Part shown: one piece after another, positions 9,047-19,394 of the stretch
Position numbering within the stretch: the first letter of the stretch is position 1
Layout of the letters: each line of letters starts with the position of its first letter
From: a virus
Taxonomy: Duplodnaviria > Caudoviricetes
DNA length: 41,170 nt
IMG/VR virus record: IMGVR_UViG_3300034349_000002
Span: 1 to 41,170 of that record
Direction: 5' to 3' (one strand)
Program-made: the position numbers and the translations under genes
Notes under the pieces: generated by a model
The model's database searches: none
The model's input: the letters and a program-made list of their open reading frames with translations, nothing else
Told to the model about the DNA's origin: nothing

Positions 9047-11266
9047 TTATCGTTTCGTGGCGGCACCTCCACGGTTGTAGATGCCACCGTTCTTGAACGT
9101 CTCGTAATCCTGCTGCTGCTTCATCGCCGCCTCAGTGGCTTCCTTGTCCCGCTTAAGGGTCTCGGCGGCCTGACGTTCCTTGTAGATCGTCTGGAACTGT
9201 TCCTTAGAAATGGTCATACGCTGGCCATTGAAGGAGTGAATAACGATGTTCCCGTTCGAGGCTGTGACGCTCCGACCCGTTGCGCCCCATACCGAATCCT
9301 TAGCGAGGCCCACAAGGGTGTCGTCAATGATCTGGCGACCCGCTTCCCAGGACTGGGTGTTATCTGGGTCCACCTGAAGGTCTGCCTTTGCGAGCATCCC
9401 ATGGGCATCAGTGGCCTTGCCCCAGCCACGGTCCTCACTGAACGACACGGTGTTCTTCTTGAGGTACTCAGTCACGGCACGGGAGGCCGCTGTAGAGTCA
9501 CCGGTAAGGCTACGGTGAGCGTCATACACAGCACGTCCGATGGTCTCGAACTGGGCCGGAAGGTTGGTCAGCTCAGGGCTGGACGAATCGTTCTTCACGG
9601 CTGCCCATTGCTCATCAGCGAATTTACGCTCATCCGTGGACTGGCCCTTCTTGCTGGCCTCCTGGGCAATCAAGATGTTCGGGTCGAGGTCCATCGAAGT
9701 CATCAAGTCCAACTTGGCCAATAGACCCGCTTGCTCAGGGTAGAGCTGACTGATGAGGGATGGATTCTGTGCGTAGACCCGTTGAAGCTCAGTGATGCGC
9801 TTGAAGCCCGAGGAGTCGCCACGAACCACAGCACCGGCCCACTCGTTCGCAGAGTCGTCGATTAGGGTCTTGAAGGCAGCCTTGAAGGGTCCCTTCTCGT
9901 AGTCGGCTTGCAGCTTACCGAGCTTCATCTGGTCCTTCTGTTCCTGAGGGATACCCATGGCGTCGATCATCTGCAACTTCTTGGCTGCATAGGTCGCCAT
10001 GTCGCTGTCCTTGTACTCTCCAGTGTTGGCATCCACAGGGAGGAACTTAGGGTTGACCGAGATGTTCTCACCGGCCTGACGGCGCTCGTAGGCTTGATCG
10101 ATGACCATCAGGCGGTTGTCCGCTTGGGTCCTCGTTTCGAGTTCCTTATTGGCCACCAAGGACTGACGCTTAACGGCTTCGATCATGGACGCCTTGGCCT
10201 GGATGAGCATCTGCCGTTGAGGAGTCATCTGGTCGCCCTGTTGGACCCAGTTGTTTTCCTGTTCGAGCTTGTTGAGCTTCTGCCAGCCAGCAGCAGGATC
10301 AGCATCAGCGGTCGCATTAGCGAGACCCAGCATGAACCCTTCAGTGCGCTTAGCGTTCCGAGAGTAGGCCTCGGTGTTCGCCTTGGTGATGAGGTTCTGA
10401 TAGACCTCGGGGCCTAAGAGGTTCTCAACGGATTGCTCACCGCCAAGCACCTTGATCTTCTGCTGTCCGAAGTTCTTCAGGAACTCACCACCACCGTCCT
10501 TGGTGATCGCATCATTGGCCAGCATGACCATGGAGTCCACAGCCTGTTTGTCCGATGGAAACCCACCGTTCTGCAAGCCCTGGTTGATGTAGTTGCCAAC
10601 GATGTACGCACCATCCTTCGACCCGAGGATCTTAGGGTCCGCCATCATCGGTTGAAGATCGTTACGAGCCTCCAAGGCCGCTTGGGCCTCAAGGTTCTTC
10701 GAGATGTGCTGGTTCTGGATGTCGTACAGGGCAGCATTACGCTGGGTGATGTCGGAGTCGAAACCACGCTTGTAGTTGGTATCGTTAGGATCAATGCCCG
10801 AGGACTCAGCATACTTCAGCCGGACATCCTCAAGGCGGGTCTGACGGTACTCCTGCATCTCCTTGGTGGTCTTGAAGTGGCCAGCCTGGACCTTCGTCTG
10901 GATCTCCGAGTCAACCTCGTAGGCAGCGTTACGGCCAGTCTTCTCGCTGAGCTGCATCATGGCCATCGGGTCATCCTTGTACAACAGGGTCCCGTCTTGA
11001 GTGGCTGCACGACGTTGCTCAGGGGTCATCGACCGGATGATCTCGTTAGAGCGCTCATCGGCTGTCTTGCGCTGAATGGCCTCGTACTGCCCGAAGGCCT
11101 CCACGCTGGTTGACATAAAGGTCTTCATGGACTCAGCGAGACCGTTAGACCCTCGTGGTGCGGAGACCTGAGAGGCCCCAATGGAGGCTACACGACCTTT
11201 GGCCTGATAACCCACATCACCCTGTTGCTGGATACTGCCGAGCGCCTGCCCGATTGCTGAAGCCAT
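9047..11266 (-). CDS. 15: Internal virion protein C
   Basis: 739 aa; DERSNEIIRSMTPEQRR...GTLLYKDDP motif of T7 gp15; synteny. Confidence 0.93.
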   Translation of the reverse strand: MASAIGQALGSIQQQGDVGYQAKGRVASIGASQVSAPRGSNGLAESMKTFMSTSVEAFGQYEAIQRKTADERSNEIIRSMTPEQRRAATQDGTLLYKDDPMAMMQLSEKTGRNAAYEVDSEIQTKVQAGHFKTTKEMQEYRQTRLEDVRLKYAESSGIDPNDTNYKRGFDSDITQRNAALYDIQNQHISKNLEAQAALEARNDLQPMMADPKILGSKDGAYIVGNYINQGLQNGGFPSDKQAVDSMVMLANDAITKDGGGEFLKNFGQQKIKVLGGEQSVENLLGPEVYQNLITKANTEAYSRNAKRTEGFMLGLANATADADPAAGWQKLNKLEQENNWVQQGDQMTPQRQMLIQAKASMIEAVKRQSLVANKELETRTQADNRLMVIDQAYERRQAGENISVNPKFLPVDANTGEYKDSDMATYAAKKLQMIDAMGIPQEQKDQMKLGKLQADYEKGPFKAAFKTLIDDSANEWAGAVVRGDSSGFKRITELQRVYAQNPSLISQLYPEQAGLLAKLDLMTSMDLDPNILIAQEASKKGQSTDERKFADEQWAAVKNDSSSPELTNLPAQFETIGRAVYDAHRSLTGDSTAASRAVTEYLKKNTVSFSEDRGWGKATDAHGMLAKADLQVDPDNTQSWEAGRQIIDDTLVGLAKDSVWGATGRSVTASNGNIVIHSFNGQRMTISKEQFQTIYKERQAAETLKRDKEATEAAMKQQQDYETFKNGGIYNRGGAATKR

Positions 11267-11835
11267 TACACGCTCCTTGTGGTGGTGGTTGTGCCCTTGG
11301 AGGACTTCATAGCCGATGACATGGTGGAGCCCGCCGCCGCACCTCCTACGCCTGCCGATACGATGTTGAGTGCATCAGCGATCTTGGACCCACGTACAGC
11401 ACTGGTGGACCCACGAAGGTTGGCCTTGGTCTGTTCAACGTTAGCTACACGGTTCTGGAAGATGGTCGCATAGTCACGATCATAGTTGTCCAAGATGGCC
11501 ACCTTATTGGCTGAGGATTCATTCTCCACAGCATTCTGTAGGCGGTCCATCGTGTTCCCTTCCAGGCCTGACTCACCAATGGCTGCCCTGATGGTCCCTC
11601 GATTGCGAAGGGCCGTTAGGTTGGTCTCAGTGAGCTGTGCCCGAGCCTCATCGTTCTTATCGACGGTCTCCAGCTTCATATCGTTATCGGCACGGTTCAT
11701 GGCGATGACTTGTTCACGCTGACCCAGGCGCCGAGCATCCTCAGCGGCCCCCTCGGCCTTGGCCTTACTTGACGCACTCATAGCTGCACCAGCTACGGCT
11801 ACGATAGCCATGCCGATGGAAACTGGTTCGCACAT
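11266..11835 (-). CDS. 14: Internal virion protein B
   Basis: MCEPVSIG start after AAGGAGGT RBS; RGTIRAAIGESGLEGNTMDR motif. Confidence 0.92.
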   Translation of the reverse strand: MCEPVSIGMAIVAVAGAAMSASSKAKAEGAAEDARRLGQREQVIAMNRADNDMKLETVDKNDEARAQLTETNLTALRNRGTIRAAIGESGLEGNTMDRLQNAVENESSANKVAILDNYDRDYATIFQNRVANVEQTKANLRGSTSAVRGSKIADALNIVSAGVGGAAAGSTMSSAMKSSKGTTTTTRSV

Positions 11836-11845
11836 TGCGACCTCC

Positions 11846-12283
11846 TTATAGCCAGAATTGACGGAACGGGTGGCCCGCTGGACTGTACTCTTGGTAGAAC
11901 CCATAGGTCGCTCCAAGGGCGTCCAGCAGCCGCCGATGTTTATCGTTGTGTTCATACACGAAGTTGGTCATTTCTCCCTTGACCATCCACGTCCGGCACC
12001 ACGCAAGGTGCTCTTTGAGGAGCCTCAGCATCTCGATGCGTTCCCGCAACGTCAGCTCATCGACCCACGTAGTCGTCACGAACCACAGGCAGCCGTTAGA
12101 GCCACCCGTAGCAAGGATCTTACCGTTGTGGATGATGGTCCGACTGGTCCCGTCGAGAGACTTTGCGAGGACCTTGGGGAGTGAACGTCCTTCGATGTTG
12201 CGATGGAATTCGATCAAGTCATTCGCCGAGATGAGTCGTGCGGCTTCCTCAATCATTTCCATAGTGGTTGCCACAAGAATCAT
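11846..12283 (-). CDS. 13: Internal virion protein A (gp13-like)
   Basis: 145 aa downstream of the phi13-like promoter; WFVTT...NFVY..N.KH.RLL..LGA pattern. Confidence 0.85.
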   Translation of the reverse strand: MILVATTMEMIEEAARLISANDLIEFHRNIEGRSLPKVLAKSLDGTSRTIIHNGKILATGGSNGCLWFVTTTWVDELTLRERIEMLRLLKEHLAWCRTWMVKGEMTNFVYEHNDKHRRLLDALGATYGFYQEYSPAGHPFRQFWL

Positions 12284-12300
12284 ACGGTTAATCTCCTTGA

Positions 12301-12324
12301 ATCCGGTATAGGTGAGGGGTTTTA
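12301..12324 (-). promoter_or_regulatory. Phage RNAP promoter (phi13-like)
   Basis: TAAAACCCCTCACCTATACCGGAT, overlapping the gene 12 stop. Confidence 0.85.
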
Positions 12325-14730
12325 GATCCCGCTGGAGCGTCGGATGTAGTTGCCTTCGAAGCCCCCGCCGATGATGTTCAACGGGTTTGGGGTCGAGCTG
12401 AAGATGCTTACGCGGTTCTTCAAGGCGTTCCCTGTGACCGGGAATTTGTACTGACCTGTGCCCAGTGAGAACTCACCGAGAACAATGTCATGACCCAGGC
12501 GACCGCCAGACATCGTGTAAACGAACTCGGTGTCCGACCCGTTGTTCACGTTGATCTCAAAGGCACCCGAGCGTTCATAGTTCAACCACACTCGACGAAG
12601 CTGTAGGCGCCCAATGTCCTCCGTTGCGGTGGACCCATCGTCAGCAGTCTTCTTGATGAGGAACTTCGAGAACTCGTATTGGAACGTGAACTGTCGGCCC
12701 ATGATGAACCACTGCCCACGTCGGTCGCCCGTAAGGTAAACCGTAGGGTTCACCGTCCAGCCACCTGTAGGGGCCTCGTGTGCCTCAAGGACCCCTTGGG
12801 TATCCACGGTGTACACCACAATGGATGCTGCTGGGATTCCTCCCCACGCTGATGTGAGGCTCAACGAGGAACGGTTAAGGTCCTCATCGTAGACCGTACA
12901 CTGAAGCTCCTTCTTGGCGTCCATGTAGGTCCGATATGGTTCCCGGATGAAGTCCTTGGTGAACGCTGTGAACTCAATGCGCTCCATTACGATCCCCTCA
13001 GCGCGGTCAACCATCAGGTACATGTAGGACCCAATGGATGCACAGGCAAGGATTCGATTGACTGCACCGAACTCCCAGTAAGACCACGCCTGCTGGACAA
13101 TCTTTTCGTCAATGAAGAGGAACTTGTAGATGTAGATCTTCTGTTCATCGCCCTCAGACAGCAGGGTCACATAGTTCTCGGTGCCAGACCCATGGATATT
13201 GAACACACCGTTCTCAATGAAGCTTGGAACGTGGCTCGATACGTCCTCAGCGTTCTTCACGTCCGACACGTCCTGCACTGCGTAATAACGCTTGAGGCTC
13301 GTATAGGCCGCACGAGGAGCCGAGAAGTACACACCACGACCAATCCCAAAGGGTCTCGCTGAGTCCTGCACGTCGAACTCCGTGGTCAAGTTCAGCTCCA
13401 CCGTCTTGGGCGAGAGGATACCTTGGGAGGCCATAACGAACTGAGCTTGGTCAGACCATAGCAGCAACTGTTCCGAGAACGGTACGGCGTACTTAAGGAT
13501 CGACACACGGTTGTGGGAGACAGCCACGTCAATCGGATCATCATCACTGAGGGTCGCCACACTCGGTGGGAAGAAGTTGAAGTACCGAGAGGTGCGGGAA
13601 AGGATGACGTTCTCACCAGACAGGAAGCCTAAGCGGTTCCGAAAGAAGAACACATCGTTGATCGTCCCGTCCACGAAGGATGGCAGTGGATTGGTGTTGT
13701 CATCCCCAGCAGCTCGAACGTTCCAGTTCGGCATAACCCAGTCGAAGTTGCCGTCTGCTGCACGGACCAGAGCACGAGGCATGGTCGCGTGATTCATCCC
13801 ACGGTCAATCCCTGGCTTCTCGATCTCGCGCCACACCTTGGCGGCACCATCAAAGCGGGACCAGTAGTTGTCACCTGAGCGGGTAGCCTCTCCTGTGATC
13901 TCTACGATGTAACCGTCAGGCGCCTGAGCAGGCAGCTTATTGAAGGACTGAACCTGATATACGAAGCCATTGATCAACTGGTCAGCGTAACCATCAGCCG
14001 TTTTGACCCCGGCGATTCTTGAGTCGGATGCTCTACTGATTTGGACCCAACCCTGGCCGGCTACCGCAGTGATCCCCCAAGGGGCCCCATTGGTGTTGAT
14101 CTGCCCAGCAAGGACCACGGCGATGCTTTGAGCATCCATTGCGGAGACCATTGCGGGCAGCTCAGCGTTGGTCCCAACACCTGAAGGGAGCGTGTAGTTC
14201 GCCAGCAGGACATCCGTTACGTCAATCCTTACGATGACCTGAAGGGTCCGACCGTATTGGCCACCACGGACTGCGATCAAGGCCCGGTCCTGAAGAGACC
14301 CGTAACCGTTCCAGGCAGGGACCCCAGAGGCCCTTACGACGGTTTTACGGTTCACAACGAACGTGTAGTCGGCCACGGTAATCAATCGCAGCTCAGAGCG
14401 CGGTGAAGCCGAGTTGGCATAACCATCGTACCCACGCACAGCGTACTGATTGCCGGCAAGGTCATAGACTGCCACACCGGTCCCGGTCATCACCATGTAG
14501 TACTGTTCGGTCGCGTCACGGTTCACAAGGTGGACTAAGGGTTTGACCCCAAAGGCCCCTGGTGCCGCCAAGCGCTTGATGAACGTGGAGGGTGGTCTCT
14601 TCTGGAGCCCTTGAGACTCCGAGGACCAGCCATTAATCTGAGCCTCTCCCTGGTTGGGGAACCGAAGGATATCAGGCTGCTGAGAGATACCTCCCTTGAG
14701 GTTCTTGATACTTTGTGCAATGAGACTCAT
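12322..14730 (-). CDS. 12: Tail tubular protein B (nozzle)
   Basis: MSLIAQSIKNLKGGISQQPDILRF start after AAGGAGG RBS; T7 gp12-like; start trimmed from the ORF track. Confidence 0.96.
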   Translation of the reverse strand: MSLIAQSIKNLKGGISQQPDILRFPNQGEAQINGWSSESQGLQKRPPSTFIKRLAAPGAFGVKPLVHLVNRDATEQYYMVMTGTGVAVYDLAGNQYAVRGYDGYANSASPRSELRLITVADYTFVVNRKTVVRASGVPAWNGYGSLQDRALIAVRGGQYGRTLQVIVRIDVTDVLLANYTLPSGVGTNAELPAMVSAMDAQSIAVVLAGQINTNGAPWGITAVAGQGWVQISRASDSRIAGVKTADGYADQLINGFVYQVQSFNKLPAQAPDGYIVEITGEATRSGDNYWSRFDGAAKVWREIEKPGIDRGMNHATMPRALVRAADGNFDWVMPNWNVRAAGDDNTNPLPSFVDGTINDVFFFRNRLGFLSGENVILSRTSRYFNFFPPSVATLSDDDPIDVAVSHNRVSILKYAVPFSEQLLLWSDQAQFVMASQGILSPKTVELNLTTEFDVQDSARPFGIGRGVYFSAPRAAYTSLKRYYAVQDVSDVKNAEDVSSHVPSFIENGVFNIHGSGTENYVTLLSEGDEQKIYIYKFLFIDEKIVQQAWSYWEFGAVNRILACASIGSYMYLMVDRAEGIVMERIEFTAFTKDFIREPYRTYMDAKKELQCTVYDEDLNRSSLSLTSAWGGIPAASIVVYTVDTQGVLEAHEAPTGGWTVNPTVYLTGDRRGQWFIMGRQFTFQYEFSKFLIKKTADDGSTATEDIGRLQLRRVWLNYERSGAFEINVNNGSDTEFVYTMSGGRLGHDIVLGEFSLGTGQYKFPVTGNALKNRVSIFSSTPNPLNIIGGGFEGNYIRRSSGI

Positions 14731-14740
14731 CGTGCCCTCC

Positions 14741-15325
14741 TTAGCGGGTGAGTTGTTGAACGAACACGTCGCCATCCAGCATGTTGAAGTCGCCGAAGTC
14801 CATCTCGTATTCCATGCAGGACCGATAGGCCTCAGCCACCTCAGTCTGCAAGGCTGCCTCAATCTCACCGGCCCCGAAGAACCGCATGTTGAACTGCTGG
14901 CTGGCCTTGGCAACGATCCATGAACGGAAGCACTCAGGCATCTCCGAGTAGTCCTTAAGGCGGATCAGGTCCACCGTAATGGCATCAGTGAACACGTCCG
15001 TCAGGTTGGTCCGGTCGTAGACGTATTCCCCACGTTTGACGTAAGGGGTCCCACCGGCCACGGTCATCCGCAGGTAGTCCGAGGAGTAGTTGATAAAGCC
15101 CGAGAAGACATCGGGTGTCAGCACAGCGCCTTCCTCAATGTTGAACGTCCAGCCCTTCGACTGGATGTCCCGATTGACCTTGTTCAGGATGCGTCGGCAG
15201 TTCGCTACGTCGGCGTTCGAGTCCCCTTCAAGGGAACTGATGGGGCTCTCACCGATGGCCCCAAGCATGTCGTTAATTGCCGAGAGTTCCTCAGGGGACT
15301 CAAGGGTTGCCTCAACTGAGCGCAT
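14741..15325 (-). CDS. 11: Tail tubular protein A (gatekeeper)
   Basis: [16 protein letters not shown]...[13 protein letters not shown]...EMPECFR, T7 gp11-like. Confidence 0.96.
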   Translation of the reverse strand: MRSVEATLESPEELSAINDMLGAIGESPISSLEGDSNADVANCRRILNKVNRDIQSKGWTFNIEEGAVLTPDVFSGFINYSSDYLRMTVAGGTPYVKRGEYVYDRTNLTDVFTDAITVDLIRLKDYSEMPECFRSWIVAKASQQFNMRFFGAGEIEAALQTEVAEAYRSCMEYEMDFGDFNMLDGDVFVQQLTR

Positions 15326-15348
15326 ATAAACCTCCTTGTTTGGTTACG

Positions 15349-15392
15349 AAAAAAAACCCTCCAGATTCCCTTAAGGGAGCCCAGAGGGTTTT
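15349..15392 (-). terminator. Tphi-like intrinsic terminator
   Basis: AAAACCCTC...GAGGGTTTTTTTT stem-loop with U-tract directly after the capsid/Ig ORF. Confidence 0.9.
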
Positions 15393-15395
15393 GGT

Positions 15396-15662
15396 TTAGC
15401 TCACTGTCAGGTTGCAAGTTGCCGTGAAGTTTCCATCGACGGTCTTACAAGTGATGACTGTGGTTCCTGCTGTGATGCCTGTTGCAACACCAGTGCTGGA
15501 TACTGAGGCCACTGCCGGGACGCTGGAGACCCAAGTGACGGACTTATCGGTCGCATCAGTTGGGGAGACAGTCGGGACGATGTTACGAGTCGAGCCTACG
15601 GCCACTGTCGAATTCATCGGTGAGACTGTCACCCCAGTGACTGGGACTGTGCTCAGACCTTT
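15396..15662 (-). CDS. 10B: Ig-like (Big_2-type) C-terminal extension of minor capsid protein 10B, reached by a -1 frameshift
   Basis: -1 frame is open across the capsid stop: KGLSTVPVTGVTVSP...TVSPTDATDKSVTWVSSVPAVASVSSTGVATGITAGTTVITCKTVDGNFTATCNLTVS; no obvious RBS of its own. Confidence 0.8.
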   Translation of the reverse strand, partial: KGLSTVPVTGVTVSPMNSTVAVGSTRNIVPTVSPTDATDKSVTWVSSVPAVASVSSTGVATGITAGTTVITCKTVDGNFTATCNLTVS

Positions 15663-16675
15663 GTAAACACCAGAGCGCCAGCAGCTTCAGGACGCAGACC
15701 GCCGTGACCCATCGCGTACTTGCCGATGATCTGGTCAGCCTGGAAGTTGGCACGACGGGCACGTTCCAGGGCCATATCACGCAGCTTCACGGTGCCGACA
15801 GCGGAACGGTGGCTGAACAAGCCGACCATCAGGTCAGAGGCCACACGGACATCGCCAGCGGTCACAGCCGGGAAGGCGTGTTTACGGTTGGTGCCAGCGA
15901 GGTCATCACCCGAACCGCCCACGGTCAAGTGGGGCACTTCGATGATCACGAAGCCCATGACGTTGCGGATGTTGCCGGTTTCCGGGTCGATCAGTGCAGC
16001 GTAGTTAGCCGCGTTCGGCATCAGCGCAGACAGGATGGCGCTGTAGTTTTCCGGCGAGGTGTAGAAGAAACGGTCGCTGGCAGGAACGTAGTTGCGGGTC
16101 AGCTTGGCACGGGCCTGAGTCAGTTGCTTCAGGATGGCCTTGCCCAGCAGTTCCGGGTCCAGCAGGTTGGCAGCCAGACCCACTTCCAGTACGGAAGCTT
16201 TGCCCAGACCGGCGATGTTCTCGTCCGATGCGGCAGGCAGGTTGCACAGCTTGGCCATTTCAGCCAGTACAGCGCCGTCAGCGGAGATCGCCAGAGCTTC
16301 ACCCAACTGCGCCGAGTATTCGCTCGACACGTCGTAGTGGTTCATTGCGTCCTCGATGTCGAAGATCAGTACGTCGGAGGTCAACAGGCCGTCGATGGTG
16401 ATGACCTTCTCGGTGTGCTTGATCTCGCCACGCTTGTCATCGAGGTTCTCACCCGGTGCCAGGTAGTAACCAGCGGTACGGCCCATTACCGGGAACGAAG
16501 CGGACTTGCCACTCTGAATGGTGCGGACCATGTGTTTGTCCATGGTGACCGAACGACGCTTGAACGCAGTCAGAACTTCGCCACCGAAGACTTTGAGGAA
16601 CAGGGCCAGTTTATCGGAGTTCGATACGCCTTTACCGTTGTCTTTACCGACTTGTTGACCTGTAGTAGATGCCAT
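15653..16675 (-). CDS. 10A: Major capsid protein
   Basis: DKLALFLKVFGGEVLTAF...KYAMGHGGLRPEAAGALVF, T7 gp10-like. Confidence 0.99.
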   Translation of the reverse strand: MASTTGQQVGKDNGKGVSNSDKLALFLKVFGGEVLTAFKRRSVTMDKHMVRTIQSGKSASFPVMGRTAGYYLAPGENLDDKRGEIKHTEKVITIDGLLTSDVLIFDIEDAMNHYDVSSEYSAQLGEALAISADGAVLAEMAKLCNLPAASDENIAGLGKASVLEVGLAANLLDPELLGKAILKQLTQARAKLTRNYVPASDRFFYTSPENYSAILSALMPNAANYAALIDPETGNIRNVMGFVIIEVPHLTVGGSGDDLAGTNRKHAFPAVTAGDVRVASDLMVGLFSHRSAVGTVKLRDMALERARRANFQADQIIGKYAMGHGGLRPEAAGALVFTKV

Positions 16676-16742
16676 CGATTACTCTCCTTGTATTGATTTT
16701 TAGGCACAGAGAGACCCGAACCCTTCATGGGCTCATTAAGTC

Positions 16743-16766
16743 TCTCGGTGTTGGTGAGGGTTTTAA
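16743..16766 (-). promoter_or_regulatory. Phage RNAP promoter (phi10-like)
   Basis: TTAAAACCCTCACCAACACCGAGA, followed by a 5' stem-loop and the AAGGAG RBS of the capsid gene. Confidence 0.9.
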
Positions 16767-16774
16767 ATCCAGTG

Positions 16775-17686
16775 TTACATCAGGGCTACTTTGGCCCGAA
16801 CGCTTTCACGGTACTTCGGATCGGTCTGATAACGACGGTCGGACATTGCCGCCACCATCTCGTCAGCCGACTTGTACTTCTCAACGGTCGGGGCTTGAGC
16901 ACGTACAGCGCCGCTTGCCGGAGCCTTAGCGGCCACGTTACGGGCTGGGGCTTTACCCAACTTCGCTTGACGACCCGAGGTGGCCAGATTGATGGTCGAT
17001 TTGATCGCCTTCAGGTCTTGCCGCTCGATGGCCTCATAGAGGGTGTCCAACGAGTCCGGGTTGGTCGCCTTGATGTGTGCCACAATGGCGTTGAATTTGG
17101 CTTCACCGCCAGCGTACTGCACGATCTTGGCAACGTAGGTTTCTGCAAGGGCTTCCTGCCCCTGGATGAAGCTATCAACGAAACCTTTCGAGTAACCAGC
17201 CTTGGCCAGTTGCTCATACGAGTCCTTCGAGAGTTCGTTGTCGTTCTCGTACTCCTGTTCGATACGGTTAGCCACGTCCTGTGGCAGACCATCAGCTACA
17301 GCCTTGCCGCGCATCTCTGCGAAACCATTGCTGTACTCACCGATCTGGGTAACAGCAGCTACCAGTTCAGCGTCGGGTTCAGGCAGTACTTCGAATTCAC
17401 CTTCGAGGGCTGGCTCCTGTTCGTCGGTTTCATCACCGACCTCCAGTTGATCCGCTTCGTTGGTTTCATCATCGGTGGAGCCTTCGGTGTTAATCGAGAC
17501 TTCCATCCGACCCTCATCTTCCTCCTCGTGGGAGACCTGAGAGTCATTGCCGGTCAGCTCGATGGAGTCGTCACCATCACGGGCCGATACGTCCATCGCA
17601 AGCATTGCCTGACGGTGATCGTCAATCGTGTCACCAGTGATTACAGCATTGTGAACGCCAAACTGAGCATAAGGGGATTCAGACAT
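16775..17686 (-). CDS. 9: Capsid assembly scaffolding protein
   Basis: Acidic protein; YAQFGVHNAV, RDGDDSIEL, AMSDRRYQTDPKYR motifs of T7 gp9. Confidence 0.95.
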   Translation of the reverse strand: MSESPYAQFGVHNAVITGDTIDDHRQAMLAMDVSARDGDDSIELTGNDSQVSHEEEDEGRMEVSINTEGSTDDETNEADQLEVGDETDEQEPALEGEFEVLPEPDAELVAAVTQIGEYSNGFAEMRGKAVADGLPQDVANRIEQEYENDNELSKDSYEQLAKAGYSKGFVDSFIQGQEALAETYVAKIVQYAGGEAKFNAIVAHIKATNPDSLDTLYEAIERQDLKAIKSTINLATSGRQAKLGKAPARNVAAKAPASGAVRAQAPTVEKYKSADEMVAAMSDRRYQTDPKYRESVRAKVALM

Positions 17687-17752
17687 TAAGGTCTCCTAAA
17701 GGGTTATTGAGACACATTGGGTCCTCTCAGCGATTCGCCAAGGTCCGATGTG

Positions 17753-17776
17753 TCTCGGTGTAGGTGAGGGTTTTTA
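17753..17776 (-). promoter_or_regulatory. Phage RNAP promoter (phi9-like)
   Basis: Perfect consensus TAAAAACCCTCACCTACACCGAGA, followed by a hairpin. Confidence 0.93.
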
Positions 17777-17778
17777 AA

Positions 17779-19380
17779 TCAGAGTGATACCCCAGCGGCG
17801 TCCATGGCCCCTGAGGCTGCACCTTCGTCTACCGTAGCGAGAGCGCCAGCGCCTTGACCAGCAGTTGCCGCCATGTTGTCCATACCGGTTCCCACTGCCT
17901 GTTCAGCTTGACGACGTGCCTTATCTTCTGGAGTGAGCAAGAGGCCGGACGTGTCGATACCGATGGCGTTAGCAAGGCGGATCTTAATGGTGGCCGTATT
18001 CAGGTCCGGGTCGGCTGCCAGTGGGGCCACCATAGCGAGTGCCTGAAGGTACTGAGTCAGCTTGTCGAAGTCCTGGCCTCGGCCCAATGCTTCCACACCG
18101 GTACTCACAGTTGGCTCCACGGCCTCTTTAGGGAGGTCAGGGATCTGAGAGGTGGCCTGGAGCTGGTTAAGGAGGACCCGAACGATGGGCAGTTGCAACT
18201 CTTGGGACAGGATCGAATAGACACCACCAAGGGTCGCCTCCAGTTCGCTGGCAACATACCGAATCTCTTCGGCGGTCACTCGCTCACCTTGGCGCTGCAC
18301 TGCACTGTTCAACATGAAGACGTAACTCAAGCGCGCCTCAATGGCATCCGCTACGGACTTGGCGACACTGAAGTCAGCGGCCTTGTCCAGCTGGAGGAAC
18401 TCGATGTCGCTCTTACGTCCTGGCACGAATGCACCGGTCTGTGCCTTCACGAGACGACGGACCTGAGTGATCCCGTTAGGGTTCACCAAGCCAATCACTT
18501 TGGAAGCGATCATCGAGAACTTAATCATGGCCTCGTGAAGGTTCTCAAGGGAGTTCAGGTCCCCGAGGTATTCCTCTACGTGGCTCCGACCATAGTGCTC
18601 ACCGTCCCGCTTGGTCCACCTTACGGCGATCCAGGGGAGAGCGTCGCCAGGGTATTGGCCGTCTGTACCTTCGATCTCCTGGCCGTCAATCTCTTGATAG
18701 CTCAGGAAGTCACCCGACTCATCATCACGATAGATGTGGGTGTAAACCTCGATTTCCTCTTCGGGCTTATGATCGCCGTCCAGGGAAGTACGGATGTCCT
18801 CAGGGAGGGCCGCAAAGGCCACCTTGTCGAGGGTCACGATCTGTAGCACGTTGCCGAACGCATCACGCTGGACAACATGGTTATGGAGCGTGTACAGCTT
18901 CATGGGGTTGTACCCATTGGCTGAAGTATCAGGCGGTGGCAGATAGATCAGACCAGAGCCCACAAGGACCAACTGACGGATCAGCTCAAAGAGCGTCACA
19001 CGGTAACTGTTGGCGTCCATGTAGGACATCATGATTCGCTCGACCATGCCCAGGCCTTGTTCGATCATTGCGAGTTCTTCAGGGTCCGTAACGAGTTGCT
19101 TGGCCTGCCATTCGGAGACCTTCAACTTCATCCAGCTCTGAAGAGGGAACAACGCCATCATCACCTTGGCCGACAGGTTCGACAGACCACGAGCACCTAC
19201 CGCTTGATACGGGGTCGCGTAGTCAGTTGACGAGTTGTCCGAGGACTTCGGGAACAGGGAGGGGATGGTGACTTTCGCACAGTTCTCTGCACGAGTTTCG
19301 TAAGGGGCTCGATCCGATTTGAGCCGTTCGTAGATTGGTGCGGCTCCTTCTTCGGCAAGCCCTTGGCGTTTTTCTGCCAT
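17779..19380 (-). CDS. 8: Portal (head-tail connector)
   Basis: MAEKRQGLAEEGA...QAVGARGLSNL...ERVTAEEIRYVASELE, T7 gp8-like. Confidence 0.98.
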   Translation of the reverse strand: MAEKRQGLAEEGAAPIYERLKSDRAPYETRAENCAKVTIPSLFPKSSDNSSTDYATPYQAVGARGLSNLSAKVMMALFPLQSWMKLKVSEWQAKQLVTDPEELAMIEQGLGMVERIMMSYMDANSYRVTLFELIRQLVLVGSGLIYLPPPDTSANGYNPMKLYTLHNHVVQRDAFGNVLQIVTLDKVAFAALPEDIRTSLDGDHKPEEEIEVYTHIYRDDESGDFLSYQEIDGQEIEGTDGQYPGDALPWIAVRWTKRDGEHYGRSHVEEYLGDLNSLENLHEAMIKFSMIASKVIGLVNPNGITQVRRLVKAQTGAFVPGRKSDIEFLQLDKAADFSVAKSVADAIEARLSYVFMLNSAVQRQGERVTAEEIRYVASELEATLGGVYSILSQELQLPIVRVLLNQLQATSQIPDLPKEAVEPTVSTGVEALGRGQDFDKLTQYLQALAMVAPLAADPDLNTATIKIRLANAIGIDTSGLLLTPEDKARRQAEQAVGTGMDNMAATAGQGAGALATVDEGAASGAMDAAGVSL

Positions 19381-19394
19381 GGGTCATTGCCTCC

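Noticed and set aside
14731-14913. N-terminal extensions given by the ORF track for genes 12, 14, 18, 6.7, 2.5 and ligase
   Set aside because: Most overlap upstream genes, and downstream starts have better RBS context and match the family N-termini
15704-18846. Long plus-strand ORFs (330, 320 and 330 aa) opposite the capsid, scaffold and portal genes
   Set aside because: Antisense shadows of strongly biased codon usage; no recognisable motifs, and all gene-associated promoters face the minus strand
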